DNA of 47,335 nt from NCBI GenBank assembly GCA_000934665.2, contig KZ538803.1:1-47335 (forward strand). The letters run 5' to 3'. The position numbers and the translations under genes were made by a program. Position 1 is the stretch's first letter. Each line of letters opens with the position of its first letter. The notes beneath the pieces were generated by a model. The model made no database searches. It was not told where the DNA came from and saw nothing but the letters and a program-made list of their open reading frames with translations. Positions 11,345-23,779 of the stretch are shown here, one piece after another. This stretch comes from Catajapyx aquilonaris (taxonomy: Eukaryota).

Positions 11345-11907
11345 CAGTAAAACTTCCATAAGTCGAACTTCCCTAAGTCGAAGTTCGCTATAAGTCGAAG
11401 AAAATGATGAGCTTGGTTGGTCACAATGTAAAATAATAAGAAATAAACTTCCTTAACTCGAAGTGTTGGCAGGGCCCCACGATGGGATATCAATGCATTT
11501 TCAGTCTCCCTAAGTCGAAGTTCATGTTGGCGAGTACGGAAAATTTTCTAATTTCCCAGTCGAAGGGTCGAGAGTAGGCCACATGTACAGAAAGACTCAA
11601 TTTCTTGATCTCCGTCTACCAGACGTACCGAAAGAAGTGCTTGACTCGATTGTGACAATTGAATCATTGAATCTAAGAGTAGGCAAATGTCCATAACAGA
11701 GTTGTTTTTTTTTACAACAAAACAATGAGCAATATTGTAAGTGTAATGTTGACAGTTATTTTTAAGTTTTGAACACCTTTCGTCGCTGGATATAAAGGTA
11801 GGCTTCCTTATAGAGTTCTGTGCTTTAAAAAATCCAAACTTCTCTAACTCGAATCTTCTATAACTCTAAGTTATTTTCCGGTCCCATGGAGATTTGAAGT
11901 TTTACTG
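11345..11907. mobile_element. Tc1/mariner (pogo/Tigger-like) MITE
   Basis: TA-CAGTAAAACTTC ... GAAGTTTTACTG-TA; repeated TAAGTCGAA subterminal motifs; the left tip was duplicated by the SINE insertion. Confidence 0.8.
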
Positions 11908-13135
11908 TACTTGAAAACAAAATAATACCTTTTTCACTTTCCATAGGAATCTGGACACAAAATTTTTAGAAGCACATGTGGAGTCCTCTGGCAAAATCCT
12001 ACTTTAAAGACTCATATCAGAATAAATATGCAAGCAAACTCTCTCAACAGAGGGCCATCAAATTAAACAAATAATTCATAGCTCAGTTTCCAAATATTAT
12101 CTGACAATCCAAGTGTGTGAAGCTGGGTAAATTACCATCCGAGAATCCCTCTCCCCCCCCAAAAATTAATAATTTTAAAATATGGAGCACTACCCAATGA
12201 TCAAAGGAAAACTTATTTATCTAATCTTTGCTAGGTTAAGGGGCTACCCTTCAATTAGGTGCAAGCTATGAGGTGAATGTTGTTTAAATAACTTAATTTT
12301 CAGTCAAGGTAGAAAATAATTCAGGATCACTGGCTAGTACAGCAGATTTCCGAGAAGGCTTCCCAAGTCTCCAGAACAATCAGCCAATTGCCTATTTAGT
12401 CCCCATGTCACACTGGTCCCAAACGCCCCAGAAAAAGCAAGTCACACTGTCATGTACTCTCTTCCCACAACTTCCAGATTCCTCCTGCTACCCCCACCCC
12501 CTAGACACACAAAACTGACTTTTCCCTGACCCTATCACTAATTTTATTTGGTAGCTGTTTTATTAGGAATTGTGAACATGATGTCCTGCCTTGCTGAATC
12601 CCCCTACCCCCATGTTACACTGTGCCATACTGACATCCCCAAAATGGTATCTCCACCTTGCCATAGTGGTGGGGCTTGAGTTCCCCAACCACCTTGAGAG
12701 CTACATCAGTGGTAGCTTTGTCTACTGGCAGGGTCACTCAACCAGCGTTTTCTCTATTCTTTTTTTCTCTTCACTTCTCTCTCCATCTATCCACCTGTAG
12801 ATCTTTTAATAGCCAGATATAATAGTAGCTCTGACTCCTTCCCACTCAAACAAACAAAACAAGCAAGCTCACATCAGCCCCTGCCAACATGATGTATTTC
12901 ATGAATGATCACTGTGCATTGACATACAGTATACTGTATTATGTAGCATTATTTATTTCAGAGTGGAGAAAGCTGTATTTTGTTCCACATTTCTTAAGAT
13001 GTAGGCACACCTCCTGACCAGTCTTGGCCATTCCTCATGTCCATTACTTTGCTGCTACTTACTGGAAATATTTGGAGGACGCCTAAAACATGCTTCCTAA
13101 AAGGTCCTAATAATAACATGTCACACCAAATGGTA

Positions 13136-13854
13136 CGAGGGTCGTTTCGAAAATAAGTTTCCCTTCGCGATTATTTCCGAAAGTATTGTACATATTGGGA
13201 AATTTTTACCGTCAGCAGTTAGGGGACATTATCCTGCATGGGTGAGCCAAATATGGTGTCCCTCGTGCACTCCGCGCATGCGCAGGAGTGAGCGGAAGAA
13301 GGCAAGTTGCGCGTCGAGATTGCCCAATCCATAAGCTCTTGAGTCAAAAGACGTGGACGAAAGTTGAAGTGAGGACGGTTATCCGCGTGTTCCACATCAT
13401 CGTCCAGACAACTGTATTCACAGTTACCCACAACAATGGTTCGACGATGATGCCGTTACTGTGACAGACTGACAGTGTGGCAGAGGAGCATAGGCCTGGA
13501 AAGTCGTCGACCACAAAGGTGAACACCTAACGTGTGGAAGCCATGATTCACATTGTTGTGGGTCACTGTGAATACAGTTGTGTGGACGATGACGTGAACA
13601 CGCGGATATTAAATCGTCCTCTCTTCATCTTACGTCCACGTCTTTTGACTCAAGCGCTTATGGAGTGGGCACTCTCGGCGCGCAACTCGCCTTCTTCCGC
13701 TTACTCCTGCGCATGCGCGGAGTACACGAGGGAGACCAAGTTTGGCTCACCCATGCAGAATAATGTCCTCTAACTGCTGACGGTAAAAATTTCCAAATAT
13801 GTGCAATACTTTCCGAAATAATCGCGAGGGGAAACCTATTTTCGGAACGACCCT
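13136..13854. mobile_element. Mariner-type fold-back MITE (~300-bp arms)
   Basis: TA-CGAGGGTCGTTTCGAAAATA ... TATTTTCGGAACGACCCT; arms about 13136-13440 and 13550-13854 are reverse complements, as also seen in the mirrored ORFs. Confidence 0.9.
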
Positions 13855-14059
13855 AATGTGAGGTCTGAAGATTTGCAGCAGTCAGTGGTTCCCAACCTTT
13901 CTTGGGTCGCGACCCCCTTTTATAATAGCCACGTAACCTGTGGGCTGTGACCCTCCCTCACCCCCACATTTGGGTAAAATGGCATCTTTATAGGGTAAAG
14001 AAAACAAAATATTTTCACAACATAATTATTGCCAAATATTTAATTAACCCAACATTTAA

Positions 14060-15598
14060 CCCCTTCGCCCCCCCCCCCCCACCAGGGGANCGACACCGCC
14101 ATCGATCGCCTAGATTTTAGTTTCTGTTAAACTTACATGTACTCTGAAGATTTAAAAAAATACTGTTTTACCAATAATAACAGGTATACTTACACGCTAT
14201 GTACAGAGAACGGATTTCTAGGTGTTTTACCTACTTTTTATTTTGTATGCAGAACAACGGAAACAAAGTATCTATCTGTTTCATAAGACAAGGACCTTAA
14301 AAATCTCAGTTTTATAGAACCTAAAATTGTCTATTTCGGACGTTGGACGCTAAATGACCTATTTTTGCCTATTTCGGCCTTTTTGACGCCGTTTTGTAAT
14401 ATTTGCGAGAGTTCTGCGGGTTTTCCGTTCAAGGAATCCCTCCCTCTCCAACCTGTGATTAACGAAGACGCGGTTGATGTGTAGGATCCCGGGTAATATG
14501 TCGTTAACCGTTATTGCGACTCGAAATAACGGTTTTTAGTAGCCATTAAATAAGCTGCTACATTCGGCCCAATGCTATTCTATCGTCCATATTGGCTCCC
14601 CGTGGGGGGGGGGGGGGNGGGGGGGGGGGGTCTTAACTGTGGCCGAATAACTGCGATTAACCAACGAAAATATGGAATAACTGCTAGTTTGTTACTGTGC
14701 TGCAAAATTCCATTGCAAAGTAATGTGTAGAAATTAAAATAAATTAGAACCAGCTTTATTTTTAGTGCCTATTGAAGAGCCAATTTTAACTGCTTTCAGG
14801 GCCTAAATTCCTACCTATTTGAGGGTTGTTTAGAACCTAAAAATCCATTCTTTGGCTATGTATGTGTTGGGAACAATTTTCCTCGTCTAGAAGTCCCTAA
14901 ATTAATTTCCAAAAGGATCGCCGCAGAGTATAGCTATACTGCCATCGCCTAGATTTTTGCTTGCACGTACTCTGCAGATAATTACAAGATAATTTACAAA
15001 TAACAACAGCTATACTTACACGTTCATGGAAAACACAACATATATCTCGGAAACAATCATTTCCTTGTCTAGAAGTCCCTAAATTGATTTTCAAAAAGAT
15101 CGCTGTAAAAAAAACTAGAAATTTGAGAACTGCCGGCCAACTGTTAGGCTGATTTAATGATGAAATACGTTAAAATATACTGAATATTACCCTTAAGAAC
15201 AGTGTCACACGAAGTTGCTGAATTCGTCGTACGTCGCGAGGAATAAATGAATTTGGGAGATTTCCGAAATAACAGGAAAGCCACATAAGAAATAATTTAT
15301 TCATCGCAAAGTACGACGATTTCAGCAAATTCGTCTGGCACTATTCTCAAGATTGTTATTCCGTATATTTTAACGTATTTCATAATTAAATCAGCCAAGT
15401 AGTTGGCCACATGTACTCGAATTTCGAGTTTTAGAGCGACCTTTGGAAATTAATTTATGGACTTCTAGACTAGGAAAATGATTCCAAACACATTCACAGT
15501 ATTTTCCATTTTGTGTAAAAATAATATCTTGTCCGTATCTTTTGAGTACTCGTAAGTAAAAAACTAGGCGATGGCGGGTATAGCTGAGGGAGAAGGGG
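14060..15598. mobile_element. piggyBac-like fold-back element (same family as 43874-44692)
   Basis: TTAA-CCCCTTC ... GAAGGGG-TTAA; shares GTCTAGAAGTCCCTAAATT and CCAACTGTTAGGCTGATTTAAT blocks with the 43.9-44.7 kb copy; internal ~180-bp tandem duplication. Confidence 0.8.
14204..14854. mobile_element. hAT-type element nested in the piggyBac-like element
   Basis: TIR CAGAGAACGGATTTCTAGGT / ACCTAAAAATCCATTCTTTG; perfect 8-bp TSD GCTATGTA (14196-14203, 14855-14862). Confidence 0.85.
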
Positions 15599-17410
15599 TT
15601 AATGAGATGGGTTGCACTTGCATTAGGGAAACAACTGCATAATTCCCGGCTGAGTGTTAGTAAATAAAAAGTAGAAAAATAGAAAATGAATCTAAAAAGC
15701 GCGGCAATCTCCCTCGCCCCCCCCCANCCCCCCCCCCCCCCCCCCCCCCCAGGAAACCCTTAAAACCCCCTTGGGGGTCGTGACCCACAGGTTGGGAACC
15801 ACTGATTTAGAGAGAAGCTGAAACCTACCCGTGGTGTAGCACTAATCAGTCCTCAACACATTAACATCAGTTCACAAGTTACCCCTTTCTTGCTAATGTT
15901 CTTCAATGTGTTTTCATTTTACTGCATAATTTTGCAATTTTTAAAATAAACCTTAGGTCATAATCTTGTCACATATCTGATACCTGCCTGGCTGAATTAA
16001 GCACACACTGTACAAGACTTGAATAGTAGAGGATCATAGATCTTTTATAGCCTATACTGTATATATGGTTTTATTCCTGCAGTCAGAAGTTTGACTTTCA
16101 CAGAGGCATGAATCACAACAGGTGTGTTATTATGTATATCGATGTAAATTAGGTTGTTGCAACATTTTAAATATAGTCATAGGTATAGGCATATTTTCTG
16201 AATTTTGAATTTTTTGACTCAAGATTTACTGGAATATTTGGTAGGTTTTTAGGACGTTTTGTACAGAATCATAGGCAATACATGATACAAAAATTTCCTT
16301 GCAATGTCTTTTGCAATATTTTTTTAACATCTATGAAACAATAATATTTGATTTAGAACAACATTAAAATATCTACGTATCTTTGGTAAATATTTGGATA
16401 GCTATTTCAGTTTATTTTATGACCTAACTATCTGACCTACACTTGCAATATTGTACCAGAAAACTAGCTGTTCCACATCTACAAATATGAAATGATAATT
16501 CTACACAGTGGAATGTACTATCATGAGAAATAATGGAGACAGCTAGTTACAGGTTTGGTTTTTTATTGCATGAGCTGCAGCAACAAAAGCCACAAGCTAT
16601 AACAACAGGTTTTCAGGGATGAATTTGGGTGATGTACAGTAGTGTCATGCTCCCAGAATTCCTGGGAACACTAGATCTTTCCATGACAAGTCGTCTCCAT
16701 TTTTTTGCTCCCATTGATACGGTAATTTTGGTTTTTTGCATGACATACAGGCCAGATCACTCCAATTAGCAGCAGGAAAATTCTAACCCACCTTCACATG
16801 ATGGTCAATGACGGTTTGACCTGATAGCAATACCTACACCTTACAACAGCATAACACTCAGTTCAACTCCATACACGTGCATCACATGACTAGAAAAACT
16901 CAATCTGTGGTGCAAACACTGCATTTCTGCCAAATAAGCACATTGTGTGCAGCGTATGGCATTACCAATGAGCCAATTTCTGCAAGTCCCTATTGAAATT
17001 TTTTCACAACGCATGCTATAATCAGCTGCAATGGAAAAAGTTCCCACCATGCAGAATGGCCTCAGAGTTCACAAAACTTCAGAGGTAGCCACCAAATATG
17101 CTATTATCATCTGCATTGTAATAAGTGACAACAATGAAAGCAGCTCTCCAAAAGCCCACCAAAATTTCTTGGCACTGTCCTCTTCGCACAAAGACGGCCA
17201 CTGCCACTTCAATCTTGTGCGCGACATGTAGAGAGCTACTACTGATACACATATTAAGCTGCAACAATTTACAATAAATCACAGCCAGCCATATGTTTCG
17301 TGCCCAACAAGCAATTGGCCCTGACCAAATAGTGGGAACAATCTCCCGCAAGCTGGGAAGACACAGGGTTGGGAAGAAGACAAGGGAGAAAAGCAGTGTA
17401 ACACACGAAC

Positions 17411-17506
17411 CTATTGTTGTCCTTCACTTGCTGCTCCGTGTGAGAGTTTGGGGAATGTGCCTCTTCCTTGAACACAGTAAGTGGAGGAAGGGCCATCAGA
17501 GCTTCG
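17411..17506 (-). CDS. TFCP2: Coding exon of TFCP2/UBP1-family (gemini-like) transcription factor
   Basis: Acceptor ttttattacAG, donor AG|GTTCGT; 96 nt, phase 2/2; encodes (S)EALMALPPLTVFKEEAHSPNSHTEQQVKDNN, matching the SDVLALPIFKQE motif of vertebrate TFCP2/UBP1. Confidence 0.9.
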   Translation of the reverse strand, partial: RSSDGPSSTYCVQGRGTFPKLSHGAASEGQQ

Positions 17507-17939
17507 CTGTAATAAAAGCAGAGGCCTCTTTTCACTGGCTTTCAACAGCTCAAATCCTTGCACTGATAGCTACCAATTAAATTATGATCAATCAAGTGAC
17601 GGCAATGAATTTGGTGCCCAAGTGAAGAAGCAGAGACATTTGGGGGGTGCACTACCAGGCAACAACAAGGCTGGAGGAACCGTGAGCTGGTGCAACAGGT
17701 GGGCGCCAAGTTCAAAAAAATCAAACATGCAAAAGCCAAGTCACAGTCACGTTACCTGCAGCTGGGCCCGTACCGGTACAGGGCCGCACTGCAAGAATCG
17801 TCTGGAAACACCGCCATTGACCAACTGGGTCCGAACCGAGGCGGCGGATGACCGGCGCCCATTGTCGCCCTACCCAAACCCACTCGACTACTACTATTTT
17901 TTCCCCTAATCCTCGCTTTCTATCCCCTTCAGTTACGTG

Positions 17940-18060
17940 CAAGTAAGGGTTAGACGCATGCGCAACCTCCCCTCCTCCCGCCCTACTATTTTCATCAAGT
18001 GAAAAAGCCAGTCACTTCCGGTTTAAAGCAGACGAAGATTGTGACATCACTAGTTGGATC
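17940..18060. promoter_or_regulatory. Intronic CpG-rich motif cluster (NRF1-, ETS-, CRE/E-box-like)
   Basis: GCATGCGCA, CCCGCCC, CACTTCCGG and GTGACATCAC lie within about 120 bp inside the CpG island. Confidence 0.45.
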
Positions 18061-18230
18061 AAGGCGGGAGGGAAGCAGTCGGTGGGGGGTATCGGGTGGA
18101 CGGGAGGAGTGGTCGAAGGTTGGGGAGACACAGTTGCCAAGTGCTTTGGGGTTAAAGGTGATTGATGAAGAAGGTGCAGTCGGCAGCGATAATGCGTGAT
18201 AGAGTGAAGGGCAAAAACGTGGGTCCGCAC

Positions 18231-18337
18231 CTCATGTTGTAGGTGGCGGTGGTAAGGTCCACACCCAGGCCGGACAGGCTCCCATCGAAGTCGGCGGCCA
18301 GGTTGTCGTCGATGTCCTCCACCTGCCATCCCGACAT
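18231..18337 (-). CDS. TFCP2: N-terminal coding exon of TFCP2/UBP1 (LSF/gemini) family transcription factor (exon 18231-18348)
   Basis: MSGWQVEDIDDNLAADFDGSLSGLGVDLTTATYNM(S) matches the conserved DFDASLSGIGQELGAGAYSMS of TFCP2/UBP1. Donor AG|GTGCGG at 18231 (phase 2); acceptor tttccgctgcAG before 18348. Confidence 0.93.
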
Positions 18338-18399
18338 CCTCGTCGAACCTGCAGCGGAAACCGATTTACCACCTGAGTCCACTCCAGCTAAAGAATGCA

Positions 18400-19100
18400 C
18401 CACGACTGCACTCTCAAGGAGCTGACGTCACACTTTTGGCCCCACCAAGGCCGGAACCCCAAAACCACGTGCCCCGCATTTGTTTGGTCTCCCTCCCTAA
18501 CCCATTCAGTCCAGCCATTAGCTATTAAACCAACAAGTCAACGGGCCGAAAAAAAAAAAAAACAACCCATATACACACACCCTTACACCCACCCACACTC
18601 ACCTTCGACCCCTGTACCCAAACAGTGCATCCACCCTCATGACCCATCCCGCCAGCCAATAGGAAAACTCCAATGGCCTTGAGATACTTACCAAGGTCTC
18701 CCCCTCCCACCGGAGCGTTGACCTCCCCCTCCACACCTTACCACCCTCCCCCTCTAATGACCCGGCAACACCACTGCCTTCTGACGTCCCCCCTGACGTC
18801 AACCGTACAACAAACGTCCCCCGCCGTTGCCACATGCAATCACGATCCTCGCGCGTGCTTAGCAGCCAATCCCGTCGTCCCCTTTTGTGCGTGAAAATGC
18901 GCAACACTTATTTTTCTCGTATGTCCCGTCCATCCCTTCCCACCCACTCGTTATACCGACTGTCTCCCCCAGAGGATTAAGCTTCCAGCTTCGTCACCCA
19001 GACGGAATGACCGAAGGTGACATCACTTCCAGACCTCTTTATCCCCTGTCCTACAACTGATTGGCATCCGATTAACCTTTCCGTCGCGACTGGGGAAAAT
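18400..19100 (-). promoter_or_regulatory. Probable proximal promoter / first exon(s) of the short isoform
   Basis: CRE TGACGTCA at 18423 and 18794, CACGTG, several CCAAT/ATTGG boxes, CpG-rich; strong minus-strand donors G|GTAAGT (exon end 18692) and G|GTAAGG (exon end 18742). Confidence 0.6.
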
Positions 19101-21504
19101 TCACCCGGATAACTGACTCGGAAAACCACCTGTCACACCCGCCTGGTAACAATCAAACCGTGGTATTCAGGTGCGCAAAATAAATGCCGACCTTGGCCCT
19201 GACGAATGCATGCCAGCGAATCGCTCAAGCTGTGGGTGCCTCCTCCCAACAACGGCGTCAAACCATTATATTATCAGCTGATAAGGAGACATTATTACGG
19301 TCTCCCCTCCCATGTCTGGACATCAATTACCGCTGGTTTGGGCTGGAAAAGGTTGGGTTTCTCCCTCCAGACGCACCTGGAAACCTGTATTTTGCGGCAC
19401 CTGCCGGTTTTAACGGGTTGACACCGGCTACACCCCCTTTTTTACAATATTTGTTTTTCTGTAGATGCTCTACAAGTAGCAGTTTCGATTAGATCCAGAC
19501 TATTGATTAAAAAAAATGGCGGCGAATTTGCATGAAAGTTACCTACACATCATCGGGCACACATTGTTATTTGCCTACAATGAAACTTGCCTCACGTTAC
19601 CGTATCCTCCTGTGTCAAGGCTGTCACGCGCCGAAATTGACGTATAAAAACGATTATAAACAATAGCCAAATTAAGCTTGACCTTTCCGATGCGACCTAC
19701 ATCCAAGTTAATATCAAGCGGCCTGTTTTCTCGGAGTACACACACCCAACATTTGCTTTTCCATTCATTTACCCCGTTATGTGCCGTAATATTGGACACC
19801 CTGTATTTTTGTGACGCCCACCTGCATATTATTCCCGACATGCAGTCAGTTTGGAAAGTTTCTTCCACGAGGAGGGGAAAGCCGTGGTTTCAGACAACAA
19901 AACATCTTAAAATTCCAAGGGTAATACACATACCCCCCCCCCCAAAAAAAAAAAACCGGCGATTTTTGAATCAGCTGCCACAAAAATCAGCTTTCATCAT
20001 CCCGAATTCAAGTGCGTCAGAATGGCCTGTAAATTCCTAGCGACAGTTCGATCCAGGCTTGGAATTAAGTAGTTTGCCCCAATTGCGTAACGTGACCCCA
20101 CCATGACCTCACCCGAATGGTCCTACTTTTTTTAACGCTCACCCAAGCGCTCACCGTTGTTGGCTATGACCCAACGGGGCCGGCTTACACAAATATCCCC
20201 CCTCCCCACCCCCTCCCCCACAAAATTAACACCCGCATAAAATCCGGTACGCACACGACCATCATTTCCACGAAGACACCTGCTCCAGGAAAACAATAGA
20301 CATCGGACAATCAACCCTCGAGAATAGCTTTCAATTACATAATGGGGGCTATCGAACAGAGAGGGACACGTGCTACACCCCTGTCGGTCACGGAAATCGA
20401 GCAGCTACTTTATTTTTTATGTCTGATACCCTTCCCCCATATCAACAATTAACGCTCTTTAGCACCGCGACCCAAAACAATTCCACCTTTAGAAACAATA
20501 TCCACAATCGAGCTGCACCTGCGCCGAAAAAAAAAAGTAAAGAAAAAAACAATTTCGAGGGCATGAACTCCAGCGGACACTAAAGCGTGTCAGACATCGT
20601 AAAGAAAACAAACAAGCCTATTTACTGACCGAGTGCATAAATCTACCGATTATGATCGATCAGGAGGGGGAGCCAAAACGTTCCGGCTGCTATTTCACAA
20701 ATAGACCTTCCTATTATAGTCTGCCTCCGCTTTGCCATTCACGTTTGACTCAAGCTTTTATCCTCTGGAAAGTGCCATGACACAACGCGGTCTACTTTTT
20801 CTATCGGCAATATTCTGAATATACTTTCATGGCCAAATAGATATATTTTTTATAGTCGTGAGAGGTGCCGACACAGACGACAATAACATTTTCTTGCTCT
20901 TGACATGCGAAGACGAATGCGATTGTACTGTATCGGAATACTGAATAAGTCAAATTCGATTATATGCTTGAGCCTTGCTACTAATAGGACATTCATCCCA
21001 GCCATTCAAGGGCTGGGTGTATTTACCGAGTTGTCTAACATGCAGGATATCAGTGCATTTCTTTGTGATTTAACCTGCACTGCAGTGCACCAGCTCCAAT
21101 AAACCATCACCAATTAAAATTTAATAGTGAATATATGAGCTTATCCTACCATTTCTGGTTAATATCCGTTCACACTTTTCCAAGGGAACTTCAGAAGCTC
21201 AATTCTGCATGTAACAATGAGCTTCTGACGTTCGCTCAGGAAAGAAGTGGATGTGTGAACAGGTAATCAGGCGGGTTAATCGAGGGCAGTGCACACTTTA
21301 CATCGCCGATGGGCTGATCAAGGCCGCTCAGATAAAACTGTTGGATCATTCCCTTCACGGGGCACAGCATACAGATGAAAAATTAACTAATGCCCTATAC
21401 ATTGTTTACCTTCGACACACATCGTATCATATACCCTGCTGAGGTCCTCAGGGTCGACTGTTTGCATCAAATTCGGGTAAATCTCCGATTAAATAGAGGT
21501 ATTC

Positions 21505-21855
21505 CAGGGGTCGAAATATTCGGATGCAAAGGTGCAATTTTCACTCCAAACTGACTGTGAGCCTTATTTGCATTATGTATTTGTGTGGTATACGTGATTT
21601 CTTTTTGTATGAGTGTATAAATGTGGATGAATGAAATGTGAAGGCATTGTTGGTCGGCCAAGTGGCCGTTGCTGCAGGCCGACGATGATAAATAAAGAAT
21701 ATGATGATGATGATGAACTGAGCCTTAGAGTGCAAAGTTTGTTGGTCTTGCTTTATAATGTGGCTAAACCTAGTAATTAAAAATTAAGCCCTCCAAGTAA
21801 CATCTGGAGTGAAAACTTTGCACATGGACAAAAAAAATTTAAGATTCGACCCCTG
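21505..21855. mobile_element. Probable MITE
   Basis: TIR CAGGGGTCGAA / TTCGACCCCTG; TSD imperfect (GTATTC/GCATTC). Confidence 0.5.
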
Positions 21856-22572
21856 GCATTCACAATGCAAAATCCCACTTAACCAGAGATTGTATCTTTA
21901 ATCTGCGTTCATATCACAGGCTTCACGTTTTTTGATACTACAGTCTAGTACATATATGTATGAAACCATCACTCAACCGTCACTCTATATAGCCAGATCA
22001 TTGCATATGAAGCAAAACGCGACAAAGACCTCTGGAATAGCCCGAGTTTCTGAGAGCAGCAGTAGAAAACACTTGAGCTGAATAATAATCATTATGGCCC
22101 TTCAGTTGGGAAATGCTCGGCGTTGAAGTTGAATTACAGTAGAAGTGGCTCGGCTTATCACTGTTGACTGTATCTGCATGTAGATAACGAGACAGGGGGA
22201 GGGGGTTTAAATAAATGTGGTTCAAGTGGATGATATCAATGGCAACTGCGAATAAGGTGCCGTTTTCCCCAAGTTCTTTATCAATCAGCATCATGTACGG
22301 CTAATTCTTGTTAAACACCTTGATACACGCGAAGATTATCGGGATTCTCAGTACCACGAGTCTACTTAATGCAAATTCAAGCGAACATACATGCGCCAAA
22401 CAGGGATTAATATTATGGTGATCAGTATTTCACTCATCATGGGCAGGGGTTGAGAGATTCTTCGGCGGCATTATGATGTGCCTGAGAAATTTATTGCACT
22501 CTGGCGATTTCTCAAGTTAGTGACCATCGTCTTAATATTCCGAGCTCCTCCATCCGCATATTCCCCTCTTCA

Positions 22573-22683
22573 AGGTGTATTCACCAGCTCGCGAGAATCG
22601 GTTGTAGCGAGAGCGAGAAGCCAATTCTCGGAACCCATTCGCCAGTTCACTTCTCGAGTGCTCGCGAGTTTGTGAACACACCT
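22573..22683. mobile_element. PIF/Harbinger MITE
   Basis: TCA TSD; TIR AGGTGTATTCACCAGCTCGCGAG / CTCGCGAGTTTGTGAACACACCT. Confidence 0.75.
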
Positions 22684-22775
22684 TCACTCATTGATCTTCA
22701 AGTGTGACGAGCTGCTACAGTGATCTCTCGCATAATTTCTGAAGATACGCAATCACTCCGCAAGCGTACTCCTAA

Positions 22776-22930
22776 GGCGTGATTCCAAGCTCGAGAGAAA
22801 AGGCTTTAGAAAAAGCGTGAGCGAGAAACAGCAAATTCTCGAACCCTACTGGTTAGGGGATTCTACGGATGAATGGGGTTCGTTCACGCTTTCGCTGAAG
22901 CTGTTTCTCGCGAGCTTGGAAACATAACCC
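22776..22930. mobile_element. Related Harbinger-like MITE
   Basis: TTCCAAGCTCGAGAGAAA / TTTCTCGCGAGCTTGGAA inverted ends; interior resembles 22573-22683. Confidence 0.55.
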
Positions 22931-23203
22931 CAAAGTTGCTCAGTTGCAAAGTTGTTCAGGGGGTAGGAAAATTCCCCATTGCAAAGAGCCAGGAGTTATT
23001 TGCTCTTGCCATTGCTTATCCCTCCTCGAGATGGGGCAGTCTGGTGAAATATCGATATTATCGAATCCAGACAACAATTCAAAATTTTACTTTCTTTTTA
23101 CTCTCTACATTAACAATACTTGTAAAAAATTATGTTCAAGATTTGTTGAAAGTAAATGGACAATCATCCTCAACAAAAAAGATTTATGTAATACTGTTCC
23201 AAA

Positions 23204-23779
23204 TCTAATATATATAAAGCCCCAATCCGAGGAGGATATAGGATGGAAAAGATCTCCCACTTCCCGAGGTCGTACAGACCTCGGACTTACGCCGTTGGAT
23301 TCCTTGCACCCGCTAACCTATTTTCAAAAATCCTCAAAACCGCGAATTTCCCAGCCGTTTTCGAGATCGCCAAATTAAATGTAGACGCAAACCCGAGATC
23401 GCCAAATTAATGTATCCGCAAACTCCCCCGGATCGACTTGCGGCCTTGCCCGCAGATGGTCGTAAAGAAGGAGAACAATGGCCCACCCCCTCCCATACAC
23501 CCCCTGGGATTTGCTTACACTACTCAAACCTGCCGTGAGAATGATACGTCACAGACGGTCCCACCTGTCATCCCAAGCGCTGTTTTGAACGATACGTCAG
23601 AGAGGGCACGTTCGGAAACTCCTCATCGCTACCGGTGACGTCACTGATTTCTGTAACCGGATGGATTAGGCGGAATACGGGCACCGCGCCGAAGGCGCGC
23701 AAGTGGGGCGCAGCCCCACGGGGGGGTCCGGGGGGGCGGAGCCCCACCGGCTCGCAAAGCGAGTCAGAAAATATTGCAG
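23204..23779 (+). mobile_element. Non-autonomous Helitron-like element
   Basis: 5' A|TCTAATATATATAAAG; 3' cluster of GC hairpins (GCGCCGAAGGCGC, GGGGCGCAGCCCC, GGGGCGGAGCCCC, CTCGCAAAGCGAG); degenerate GCAG|T end; no TIR or TSD. Confidence 0.6.

Larger units (their letters stand above)
13883..15804. mobile_element. hAT-type MITE hosting nested elements
   Basis: TIR CAGTGGTTCCCAACCT / AGGTTGGGAACCACTG; subterminal GGGTCG(C/T)GACCC motifs; TSD degenerate. Confidence 0.75.

Noticed and set aside
11357..11570. Repeated TAAGTCGAAG units as a CRISPR-like array
   Set aside because: Short, irregularly spaced subterminal motifs inside a TA-flanked MITE in eukaryotic DNA; no cas genes.
13219..13773. 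Mirror-image ORF pairs (also 5961-6299 and 2805-3030)
   Set aside because: Products of palindromic MITE arms, not duplicated genes.
17481..17909. 142-aa plus-strand ORF ending PYPNPLDYYYFFP, superficially like the mariner NPLDY motif
   Set aside because: No other transposase motifs or TIRs; it is antisense to the TFCP2 intron/exon; likely chance.
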